This document shows, piece after piece, positions 52,006 to 64,000 of a stretch of 64,000 nucleotides of DNA. The stretch's first letter is position 1. Every line of letters begins with the position of its first letter. Under the pieces are notes generated by a model. It made no database searches, was not told the DNA's origin, and saw nothing but the letters and a program-made list of their open reading frames with translations. Made by a program: the position numbers and the translations under genes. Origin of the DNA: Rhizophagus irregularis (Eukaryota); contig NC_089431.1 in assembly GCF_026210795.1 (NCBI RefSeq), positions 4,402,001 to 4,466,000 of the forward strand, read 5' to 3'.

Positions 52006-53479
52006 CGTAAAATCATGCAATCAATTACATCATGGAAGACCGTAAGATTTCTTTATAAATACTAATTAAGGGGTACAGTAGCTCGAATTTATTATAGTTG
52101 GCGTAACTGATAACAATGATAAAATATTATTATGATAATTTTTAATAGTTAAAATATAATTTAATTTGGAATTGTTTAAATCATTAATAATTATCCACGA
52201 ACAAATGAATAATCATTCAAAAATTAATATTCTCACGTATGTTATATATTTAAACAAGATGGATAAAAAAAAAATTTAATAAAAAGTCTATTATTATTAG
52301 AATAAAAAGTCTATTGTTAGTTAAAAAGGTATATTAATAGTTTTATGATAATAGTAATAATTATTTCAAGATTGCGCCGTGAAACTCATTGATAACTATT
52401 AATATATGAATTGATAACATCAATTAATGGCTGTAATTTCCATCAACAATTCGTTCACAACGTATTTTTCTATTAATATCTAAATAATAAATACTAATAA
52501 AATATATTTAGTGACAATTAAATCACGAAATTAAAAATTACCATCAATACGATCAACAAGATCATAAAAATTCATGTGGTAGATCACGTGCAGAAAGGAA
52601 TAATTGTTGACGACACAGTCAAAGCTGTAAATGTGATTATATAATTTATAATACAATATAATTTATAATTTGTTGTATTAAATCCGACTTCTTTTTAATT
52701 TATTCATATAATGAGAATTCAAAGTGATGATTTTTTTTCTTAAATACAACGATATAAATAATGACTTTAATTAGTAAATTCGGTATATCGTTATTTTATT
52801 TCAACTATGGAATTCTCGGATATTAAAATTTTAAATGCTTACTTGGCAACAAATGAAAAGAAAAGGATAGGACTTAAAGAATTATAGTGAATTAATATTT
52901 TTATTATGTTATAAAATATCTAATGTCGTAAACAAAAATAATGCATTTAAAAAAATTGATGTATCATTTGTTTTTTGCAAAAATATTCTTATTATAATCA
53001 TAACGCTTGTTTTTAACTTGTTTTTATAAATTATAGTATTTATGGATGAAATTATCCTTCATGTAAAGATCATTTTTCATATTTGAGTTACCTACTTATT
53101 TATTATTGTCTCATTTTTTTTTATCAATTCATTTTATTTAATTTATTATGATTTCATAATTTCAATTTTAACAATTATTAATAAATTACGATGAATAAAA
53201 ATTTATTAAACAATAACAATTTTTTTAATTAGGGTATTTAAACAAAGAAATAAAATCATAGCCTTAGATAATAATCGCTATAATCCCCTTTTTGTTTTTT
53301 TTTGTTTTTTTTTGCGTTGTTTAATTAGGGGAATTAATATGGTAATAATTAGTTAACAAAAAATAATAAAATAATATGTATAAAATTATATTTGCAATAA
53401 TGTAGCCATTTATATTAATGATTTGACGAGTGTAGAATGAAATTCGGATTAATTAAAGAATTGTGAAAAAATAATTATC

Positions 53480-53990
53480 AATAAAAATTGATTAATTTTT
53501 TAGAAGTATTTTCGAAAAAACTTTGATATTATGAAAATACTACAAATATTTTTATTAATTAATTATAAATTTTTATAATTATTTCTTATTATTTTATATT
53601 ACGACAATCTTAAACTTATAACTGACTTAGGAAAAATATTTGAAAAATTAAATGTATTAGAATCTGTTCATTTCACTTATTATTATTCTTTTGATACTCA
53701 TTTTACTCGATAAGTTATTAATTTAACTAAATCATTTGAATTAAAATCTTTATCCAAAATTCTCTAAATATTAAATCACCAGATTTTTGAATATAGATTT
53801 GGTTATAAGAATCTATTATTAAATTAACAATTTTTTCAATTAATTAATTATAAAATATTGTAAAAATATCAATTTTTTTTGATTTTTATGAATTTGAAAA
53901 TCAAACTATTTATCCAGCGTTCAATTTAATTAAAAAAAATCTTAATTATCTTTCTATCAACGTCGGTCAATTTTCCTACATGTTATATTC
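53480..53990 (+). pseudogene. Fragment of an F-box/LRR family gene related to 43320-44942
   Basis: KIFEKLNVLESVHFTYYYS..INLTKSFELKSL matches KIFEQLNVLESVHITYCYS..INLTKPFKLKSL; stops and frameshifts present. Confidence 0.75.
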
Positions 53991-54763
53991 ATTTTTTTTA
54001 AAAAATAATAATTTTGTAAATATATTTAATATAATATTTTATTTCTTTATTTAAGAATAAAAAAAAATAAAAAAAAAATTTGAGAGGTAAAGAAAGAAAC
54101 CGGTTTAAAAAAAGGGAATTCCGAGAAAAAAGGAATCCGAAAAAAAAAATAAGTACCGAAAAAAAATCTGAAAAAAAAGGACAATAATTCGGTCCAAAAA
54201 GAGTGAAAAAAATAAATTTTTTTTAAAAAAATAACAATACGGCCTAAAAAAAAAGTTCAAAAAAAATAATATAAAACAAAATCGGTCTTAAAAGACCGAA
54301 ACAATAAGATTATTTAATAATAATTTTTCAGTTTGGGAAAAAAAATCAAATCTAAACGAGAAAAGAATGAGAAAAATCAAATTTTTCGGTTTGGAAAAAA
54401 AACTAAACCGAAAGAAAAAAAGGGAGAAAAAATTTGTAAAATTTTAACTGAAATTGGATTGGTTGATTGGAATGCACACGGATCGAGACCATAAATAGAT
54501 TAGGCGGAGGCATGTCACGCGTTTTAATTATATGTTCAAGTTACACAATTCAAATTATTTATTCGCAGACAAATTTTTTTAGTTATATAGATTTAGCAAA
54601 ATTATTCAATAATTGCAAGATTGTGAGATAAATTTTACAATAAAATATTTATTAATATAAGTAAACTATTAATATGTGTGTAGTTAAAAAAATAAATACT
54701 ATTCTGACTTTCAGAATTGAGTAAAAAAATATTTTATATGAAAAAAATACGTTATTTTAATGT

Positions 54764-57700
54764 TTAATTCATCAGAATCTCGGGAATTTCTAATTCGTCC
54801 TGTTCCTTTGAATGAAGGTTTGAAGAATTATATGTTTCATAATCATCTATATATAATTATTATCCAATAAGATTATGTAAGTATAAATATTATTAAGGAA
54901 AAAAATTATTTACTTACTATCATCATCGTCTCTAATATAATTTCTTTGCATATATTGAAATTCAGCTTCATTATTATCATAATTTACTAATTTACATTAA
55001 TTTACAGAAAAAAAGATTGATTATGAAATAAAGTTTTTATTTATTATTAAAATCAAAATTATGTACTAGTTACCTTTATTATTGTATAACTTTTTAGATT
55101 TAGGCTTGTCTTCTATTTTAGACAATAAAAACAAATTAATAAATAAATTTGTTATACATGAATTTATTAGTATATATTTATTAAATTTGAAATTCTTACC
55201 AATTAATTTCAAAGAATTTTTCTGTTCAGACGTTTGTTTGGATGCAATAACTTAAAATAATTAAATAAAATTTTAATAATATTAACAATTAGTGTGCATA
55301 TACTGTATTAATAAATACTTACTTTCTGGAATACTAAGATCAAATTGGACACTTCGATACGCTAATAATAAACCATTTTGTTACATTTAGTTTAATTATG
55401 GCATATAATTTATTTTTATTATTACCTTCTAGTTCTTCTACAAAATATATAAAATATTATTAAATTTCATAAAAATTTGAAATAATATGAATATGAAAGA
55501 AAGCAAAATTCATTACCTTCAGTAGCATTTCTTGGTTCAGATAAAATTTCAAAATTATATATTTTACTTTTAAGATTTTCAGAAAAAGAATTAATTGAAC
55601 TTGAGCTTACACTGGAATTGGTATTTAATTGATTATTATTTATATTTTTACTATTATTTATTTGTTTTTCTATTCCTTCATTTTGATAAAATAATGTACT
55701 AATTTCTCTTATTTTTCGCAAAAGCCTACTAACGTTAGGTCTTTTTACTGGATCAGCATCCCAACATTGTATCATTAAATTTTTATATTCTAAAGGAGTA
55801 TCTGATAATATCTTTGGTCTCATACCATTTACAATGTTCATTGCCAGATCATAATCCTTATATCTATTAAAATAAAAGGGTGGTTTACCGGATGAAATTT
55901 CCCACATAAGCATTGAGACACTATAAATATCAGATGCAAGAGTAAACCCTTTTCCAATAATTACTTCTGGTGCCATATAAGGAAGATTACCATAGATACT
56001 TCCTAGTGGTTTATCAATAGGACCACAAAATCCGAGATCACTGATATACCAATAATTATTATATTGTGAATACAATATATTTCCGGAATGCAAATCTCTG
56101 TGAGCCACATTCTCGTTGTGAATACTATTAAGTGCATCAATTATTTTTATTGTAATTAAAATCTTTCCCTTCCACGTAAGTTTATTAAAATTTTGTTGCA
56201 AATATTTTCTTAAATCCATATCCATTAAAGACATTACAAGAAAATGAGCATCATTTAGTGGATTTCGCGTTATACCATAACATAATGCTACTTCTACCCA
56301 TTTGATACATATGTTCAAATGTAATGCCGCCTATATAAATGTTTTCAAAATTTTTATTAATTATTCAAAAAAATAAATTTATGGTTTTTTTTTGATCACT
56401 TACCTCTTCAAACCAACTTCTGTTCGCACTTTCAATGTTTTCTAATTTTTTAAGGATTACCTTATGTTTTCCTGATCTTATTAATTTATTTTCTTTGACA
56501 TCCCATTTAATATATCTTCCTTCTATCCATTCAGCTACATAAATTTCAGAACACCCACCTTTCGTTAAATATGTAACATTTTGTAAATGATCATATGGTA
56601 TCCACTCAACTACCAAAATTGGAAAAAATGTTTCCTCTTGACACTTTCGTATTAAAGCATCAATATTATCATTTCCAGATGTCCAATTTTGGAAATCAGC
56701 TTTTAAATAATTTCGCATACAATTCTCACAATAAAATGTTGCTAAACATTCTTTTTCACAATTTTCACATAATCTTTTTGTTCCTTCATTAAAAAGTATT
56801 TTAAGATAATCATAACCTTCATCTAATCTTTTTATCGTTTCAGATTTTTCATCTTCCGTAAGAGTTTTATCATCTAGAATTAAATTTTGTCTAAATTGAT
56901 GTTGTTCACATAATTTATTGTTATAATCTGTTAATGAAAATGCTTTGTAAAGAGTAGCGTGAATTATTTCTTTACGAGTAGTAGAAATTTTAGTGTTATA
57001 TTTAGTGAAATACCAATCACCCTATGAAAAAAGTTTGTGTGATTTTTGTTGAAAAATCATTCAATTAAATTCACTACGATTTCTGTATATTTGACCATAC
57101 AATAATTGTGCTAAAAATTGCAATAAATCACACAATTATTGCATGGTAATTCATTCAATAATTATCCTATTTTTGACCTGAATTTATACAATTATTGTGT
57201 GATATTTGAGCCAAATTTTTTTAGGCCATATTTTAGGAATTATAGGTTAAATTTTACAGTAATAACAGGCAATTTATAAAGTGAAATTATGAATTTTTTT
57301 TATTGACTTAAAATATAAAAAATATACACAATATTTCATAAATAAAATACTAAATTTGATATAATCATAAATATAAAAAATTGTAAGAAAATAAAATAAA
57401 TAAAGTATGTTAGTAACATGAAAGTAAATTAGTATTATCAAAGAAGAAAGTAAATTATTAGTGTAAGTAAATTATTAGTATTAAATAAAAAAGTATGAAG
57501 TTAGTGAAGAAAGCAAATTAGTAGTGTTAAAAAGTACTAAATTATTAGTGTTAGTAATAAAAAAGTATGAAGTTAGTGAAGAAAGCAAATTAGTAGTGTT
57601 AAAAAGTAAATTATTAGTATTAGTAATAAAAAAAAGTATGAAGTTAGTGAAGAAAGCAAGTTAGTAACATTAAAATGTAAAAAGTTAGGAAAATAAAAAG

Positions 57701-58452
57701 ATAAAGAACACAAGTTTTTCTTACCTGATATTTTAAAAGAAAGTTGAAGAAAAGTTAAAAGGTTAAAAAAACATAAACAAAAACATTTCGCGTCGTCATA
57801 TTTATTTTGACGATCAGATCACGTGATCATCATATATAATTTTAAGAGTTGATTTTTACCGCATAATTCTGGCCAAATTATAATTCCGGTCAGAACTAAT
57901 TGTGTAACCTAATAAAAAGTTTTTGACTTTTTTTTAGTTACAAGATGATACAAAAATTTCACCAATGGGTCCAGAAGATGCCCATTTATAAGCAAATATG
58001 CAGTTGAATTTTATGTAACCTTACTGCATAAATCACTTTACTTAGGAAAATCTATTTGTAATGGTTAAAAGTGGTCTATTCGACCCTAAAAGTGGTCAAA
58101 TGTAACCATACAGGTAAGATGGAAAGTAGTATAGTAGGATTACCCAAAAATTGCTTTCTGTATCCTAAATTTAAGTCTATTTTCAAGTTGTACAATAATC
58201 ACAATTTTTATTGTACAAAAATTGAATGTTTTCTGTATCCTAAATTTAAGTTGTATAAAAATCACACAAAAATTGAACATTTTCTATATCTTAAATTTAA
58301 GTTGTACAAAAATTGCATACTTTTAATATGCTTTGAAAAACTTCATAGCTATTTTTATCTAAAAATCTGCAATAATTGTACAATTTCCACACGGACTTGA
58401 ACAAATATTGTACAAAAATTGGATGATTTTTTTTCATAGGGTCAGTATCCAT
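54764..58452 (-). pseudogene. Multi-exon TKL-like kinase interrupted in codon 4 by a transposon
   Basis: Removing 57020-58441 plus one TCA gives ATG(58452) MDTDWYFTKY.. in frame with ORF 56365-56718; kinase exon ~56330-55517; several short 3' exons including a 12-nt microexon at 55426-55437. Confidence 0.8.
57020..58441. mobile_element. 1.4-kb non-autonomous DNA transposon with CCC..GGG ends and 3-bp TSD (CMC/CACTA-like)
   Basis: TIRs CCCTATGAAAAAA / TTTTTTCATAGGG; TCA duplicated at 57017-57019 and 58442-58444; ACAATTATTG and TTGTACAA subterminal repeats. Confidence 0.88.
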
Positions 58453-59204
58453 GTTATAATAAATTGTTGTAAGTATTCAATGTGTAAAAAAATTTTTTTG
58501 AGAAGTTTATATTAGAAAGCTTTTTTTCATCATCGTAATAAAGAAATTTAATTGGAAAAACCGTTATTTTTATTAAAGACGCTAAAACAACGAAATGATC
58601 GGCCTAATGCAGTTACCTTGTGTTTTAATTATACGAATGTTATACGAATGACAAAGAAAAATTTTCTTTAATAAATCAAGTGGAACACAAATAAATATTC
58701 TTTACGCTGTTACTTTTTTTTACATATACGGTAAACAAAACCAAAATAACAGGTGTTACCTTAATACCATCTTTTGAATTTTTTGAGTATCACCTAAAAT
58801 TGTTTAGCGTAGTCTCATTCTGCAATTATTTCGGAATGAATGAGACAGTTTCAAGCAAAAAGGTTTCTTAATCTGCTGATTACATAAAAAGCCCATAGCG
58901 CCAGAGAGACCTTGAATGAGATAGAATAATTTGCTAAAAGTAGGCTTAATTTGTCTTACAAGGTACTAATTACATCGTCTAGTGTCACATACATGTTAGC
59001 TTTAATATATACTATTTATTGTATTGAATCCTGGTTTCAAGACAACTTAATATATAGCGATATAGCGATGGTCACCTCGGACCGAAAATGGTCATCAAAA
59101 TGATAGTTTAAGGTCGGTTCCGGATGGTTTGATCTACAACACCACCAATACCAAAAAAAAATCCAGTTAATTTTAAGTAAAGTAAGCTTAGGCTACTTAG
59201 CTCA

Positions 59205-60860
59205 GTATGGCATGATTTCCCGACATCTATTTTTCAAATGTAACCTTTTCCCGATAACAATTTCCCGACAAGACAAATTCTTGAATGGACATTTTCCTGG
59301 AAAGAACTTTTCCCGACATGATATTGCCTCGACATGATGGCAATTTCCCGAATTCAAATTACGAAAAATGATTTACAAAAATACTTGATTTTATTGCGAA
59401 AAAATAAAAATAAAAATAAATTTTTTTATATAATAAAACTTTTTAATCAAGAGAACAATATAATAAAATAATAAATATCCATAAACAAATACGCACAAAA
59501 TAAATGACAATAAAAATATATTAGAGATCATTAATATACTACTAAGTGTAGCACAAAGTAATTAATCCAAAAAAAAAAAATATGAAACTTTTTTGCTTTA
59601 GAAGTATAATAATATGTTGATTTTTTCATTAGTCCGACTATTTATTGCATTAAAATATAATATTTCGTTGTAACATTTTATCCTAATCTAATACGTATTA
59701 TTTTAGATAAATTGAAAGTTTAGGTATAACTTGCATTTATTTAGGAAATCTGAGGACATAGTTTCAAACTCAATCTGCATGTTATTATTTAATACTAAAC
59801 ACGAATAAAATATAAATGGAAGCAAAAACTTCTGAAAGTTCGTTTATTGGATTACTGTATTATGTTACTAGAAGTTATTAGATGATCCGTTAGACGTCTG
59901 GATGATTCAAGTGCAACAATTGCGTAACAACAATTGATATTCTTTAAATGTAGCGATTCTTTTAAGATTCCGATCTTGTGATGAGTAGCTTTTGAATGAT
60001 TTAAGTATTATAGGAATTGATTACTTTTTTATTTCAAACATTTAATCTCATTAAGTCTTATTGTTATGCCAATAATTTTATTAAATTACAATTTACTTAA
60101 TACTACTATTTTTTTCATAAGACAATAATAAAAGTAAATTATCAAAACCAGAATTCACAGATTTCTATCCGATCAAACTTAAAAATAACATAAATATGTA
60201 ATTGAAAAATTAATATTCAATATGCAAATATACCTTGCTCAATTTTCATTATAAATATATCCTCAGTTACATTATTTTTAAATTTATTAGATTGAAAATA
60301 TTAAATTCTTTACTCTTTACAAAATTGAAAAGAAAAGTTCAAGATCTATCAATTCCAATTCCTCAATAAAGATGCAATTAAAAAATTGCCAATAAAATTT
60401 AATATTAAAAATATATAGGAAAGAAATTGAAATAAAAATACATAAAAGGATTTAGATGAATTTAGAATTTTTTATAATTTATTATAGTAATAGAGAACTA
60501 TTAAAATTTTTAAAGGTGTGATACTTAATAATATATTCACGATATATATTTCCTTAAATTCTATTATCAACATTTTATTTTCCAACAAATTGTTTGTTAA
60601 GGAAAATGTAACAATATAATCATCTACTAAAAAAGTTTTATCTGCCGTTTAGAATAGTCTCCATATAACAAGGGGTCATTTCCATGGGGAGCTTGGCATA
60701 TATCTAGTAGAAGGTCTTTAAGTGAAAGTTATTGCAAAAAAATGACATCATTTTTTTTAAAACGGCATGCAAAATGTTGATCTCTTTTTATAAAAATGTC
60801 CGTTCTAGGAACGATCTGATATTTTTTTTCAGGTTGGGTCAGGCCAGTTGGGTCGGATAA
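59205..60860. mobile_element. Possible degenerate DNA transposon with ~15-bp TTCCCGA periodic ends; related end fragment at 62600-62690
   Basis: AAGACAAATTCTTGARTGGACATT shared between 59270 and 62606; weak inverted match near 60795-60820; boundaries uncertain. Confidence 0.35.
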
Positions 60861-60902
60861 CCTGGATAATATAGTTATTGAGTATGGTCATAGTACTGAT
60901 AA

Positions 60903-61075
60903 CATCATGAAATTTTTAGGTAGATGCATTAGTTCAGAAATATGTGGATTCCCATATATTCTACGTGGATCTACGGAGAATTTTGTGGATCTACGTCGAA
61001 AATACCATGTGTTTCGTCACTGGGTATTTGGAAAATATTGGACATGTGGATTTAAGTGGAAAAAATTTCCTGATG
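60903..61075. mobile_element. Small MITE with CA..TG ends
   Basis: TIRs CATCATGAAATTTTT / AAAAATTTCCTGATG; AA on both flanks; internal GTGGAT repeats. Confidence 0.55.
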
Positions 61076-61478
61076 AAGTAGGGTTGGATAATTATCTATA
61101 TACTCCAAAGCAAAAGGACTATAATATCTAATCTTAAAAAAAGACTAATACAATGATTGTTTGAATCGATGCGATTGCATCATTCATACAATTACTTAGT
61201 GTACTTGCTCTGATGATTTAGTACCATTTATAATAAAAAGTTTTTAAAATATATTAATTTCAAGTTTGGTTGATTTATAGAACAGTTTAAAAAATAATTT
61301 TAATAGATTATTAATAAAAAATAAAATGATAAAAAAAAAGAATGATAACAAATGATTACTACTAAAATTTAATTGGCTATTAGTCATGTAATTTAAACTA
61401 ACTAAACTAACTAAGTAACCTATGTTATGTAAGCTCCCATACATACAAATTGTCACAAAGATAATTAAGAAAAATAAT

Positions 61479-61913
61479 TTAATGACAGTTTGGATCAAAC
61501 CACCAACTAAAAACATCACCATGTATATGATAACAGATATCTCCATTAAAATTACCTCGGTCTTTTTTTTGCCTGGTACTTCCTTGTACTTCTGCATGAA
61601 TCCAATAATTAGGTGTATTAGTAAAAGTAATGTTTAGTTGTGTATGTTGATCACATTCGTGGTAATTATAATCACCAGCTATTTGATTATTATTTTGATC
61701 TGTTACCCAAAGTCTACACCTAGTACCTGCTATCATATCCCTAGTTATCGAGGCAGTATATGTTACATATAAAACCAAAAAAAAAATGAATTATTAGAAG
61801 AGAACAGAGAAAATACTGAGTATAATAAAAACTTTACCATCAGTGACCGAAACAAATGTTATGCAGACACAGATGAAGATGGCAATAGGAAGGTAAAAGC
61901 TTTGAAGTTTCAT
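61479..61913 (-). CDS. Small secreted cysteine-containing protein (effector candidate, ~123 aa); the intron acceptor reads GG rather than AG
   Basis: Exon 1 61913-61838 encodes signal peptide MKLQSFYLPIAIFICVCITFVSVTD; exon 2 61774-61479 has 4 Cys and is in frame only through the GG acceptor at 61776-61775. Confidence 0.7.
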
Positions 61914-62082
61914 ATTGGTACTAAATTTATGAAGTTATGTTTTGTTTGTTTTGTTATCTTACGGTAACGATTCTGAAAAACAAAATTTTGGTGGCCATGG
62001 CAATGTTATATATATTCGCTTACATAAATAAATAATGATATTCCTGCTAATTTAGATTATTCAAAAAAGTTAGCAGCAAGCT

Positions 62083-62202
62083 ACCATGTTTCTTTCTGTT
62101 TATTTAAACCATATGATTTATCTTTCTGTTATTCTAAACCATATGATTTATCTTTCTGTTATTCTAAATCATATGATTTATCTTTCTGTTATTATAAACC
62201 AT
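62083..62202. repeat. 30-bp tandem repeat CCATATGATTTATCTTTCTGTTATTCTAAA, ~4 copies
   Basis: Directly visible upstream of the secreted-protein gene. Confidence 0.85.
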
Positions 62203-64000
62203 TCTGTAATAAACAAAAAAGTTCATACATCCTCCTAATCGAGGGGTTGTAGTATTTTTATTTGATAAATGAAAAAACCTCCCTACATTCCAAGTATCTG
62301 GTTACAAATAGAAATGTTTCATTAGAGACGTTTTGTAAATAATCAATAAACCTCACTTGCCCGGCTTTGTCAAAACCAGCAGCATATCTAAAATAAATGA
62401 AATATTTTGTTAGGAATTTTTTTTAATAATTAGCAAAAAATAAAAATAAACAAATTCCTCACTTACTCACAGTCATAACAACCGGATTAATCAAAGCCAG
62501 TATTCCAGGAGTATTTCATTAAATTTAAAATTCACCTTGGTGAACTTCCATGTGCTGATTTACATATTTTGAATAGTGATATTACGAGATGATCAGCAGA
62601 TGCCAAGACAAATTCTTGAGTGGACATTCCCCTAAAAGCATTTGTTCTCGACATGATATTGTCCCGACATGAAATTTTCCCGAAATCAAAATCAAATTAT
62701 TAAAAATGTAACTTTGGTTGAGTATATAGTATTTAACAATAAATAACACATTATAACTGGTAAATCGCAAATATTTAAATTTTAATTAGTTTTTTATTAT
62801 TAACCCATTTATCAAATAATTCGATAGATTTTTTTCGTGCTGAAACGATGATCATATCGTGGAATGTATTAGATCATTTACAATCATATCTTGATTAGAT
62901 TTACATTTTTAATCAAAAAAAAAAAACCGAAAAATACAAAAATAAAAAAGGAAATGATCTCCATTTTTGATCTTTTTCGTAAAAAAAATTATTTATTTTA
63001 TCTCTCTATATATCCAAACTTTTTATCAAAAAATTCATAAAATTCACTTCGTAAGTAATTAAAAAAAATATATAGAATCAAATGAATTTTTTCCTTAATT
63101 AATAATTTTTAATTATTCTTTAAACTTTTTTTTTTAAAAAAAGTGATTAATCTTAAAAAGGAAATCATTTTTTTTTATTTTAAACTAGTAAAAAAAGTTT
63201 TAAATTGATGAAAAAAGAAAAGATTGCAATAAAAAAATATTTGACTAATCTAAAAAGAAAAAAGAAATATTATTTATAATATTTCAAATTAAATAAATTA
63301 GACAATATTCCTAAACTGTAAATAGTGCTCCGTACGGGTTGGGTCAAACCCGGGTGATCGACCCGATCCGAATTTTTAAATCGAGTCGGGATTGCTGTTT
63401 TGCACATCTAAAATCTGTGACAGGTTACGCCGAAATGTGGCGCAACTGTCAAATGATCTGTCTAGCTGTACATAGTTGGGCACGCGATTTTGTGATCTGC
63501 CCAATAGCCATTCGCATGATCGTGTTGCTTTGATAAGCCCTATTATCTCCTTGTGAAATATTTTTTTTTTTGATTTTCTCACACACACTCTTTCCAGGAA
63601 GAACGATTAATTTTCCCTCAATTTAAATGTGGTAGTCTTTTATAAAATTACTTAAATACTCTTATATTAGCAGAGAAAAACTACTAAAAAACTATATACT
63701 TGATTTTAAAAAATTAAAGTTTATAAAAAGTTACACAACTTCGTGAAACAAGTATGGAAAGCGATAACAGTGAAGTGATAACACTACACAAGTAAGTCAA
63801 TTTTACACTAGTTTCGTTACTTTTGAATAGTTACTTTTCAAGATTTTAGAATAAGATTTGTATAAAAGAGAAAATAAAAAAAAAAAATTCCAGATTTTTG
63901 GGTTAACTTTATTTCGTGAAAATATAATATTTATATTGTTATATTATTTTAAATATTATTATATAGAATGTTGTGTACATTTGTTTTTTATAAGCTTTTT

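Noticed and set aside
63330..63600. ORFs 63339-63533 and 63376-63588
   Set aside because: No recognisable domain or splice structure; the left part resembles hAT subterminal ACCCG repeats

Overview
Very AT-rich, intron-containing eukaryotic DNA. The gene families (four TKL-like protein kinases plus a partial fifth, three BTB/BACK-TLDc genes, an F-box protein, a MYND finger protein, a TPR-SET protein and a small secreted Cys protein) are typical of arbuscular mycorrhizal fungi (Glomeromycotina, Rhizophagus-like); this is inferred, not shown. The genes are interspersed with many non-autonomous transposons: hAT, Tc1/mariner and CCC-ended MITEs, a 3.6-kb foldback element, and two 5'-truncated retroposon tails with target-site duplications (TSDs). 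Two features fall outside the ORF track and stand out. (1) At 26.4-28.1 kb, five tandem 353/354-bp units each consist of a canonical intron plus a non-coding exon, and each intron carries a ~40-bp G:U-rich pre-miRNA-like hairpin, suggesting an amplified intronic small-RNA host gene. (2) At 7190-7276, a 28-codon a-factor-like CaaX peptide gene (MNPITCL*TPTAEATEKPAEKGSGCAVM) carries one in-frame TAA. Several otherwise intact genes also carry a single lesion. All gene models and RNA folds were worked out by eye.
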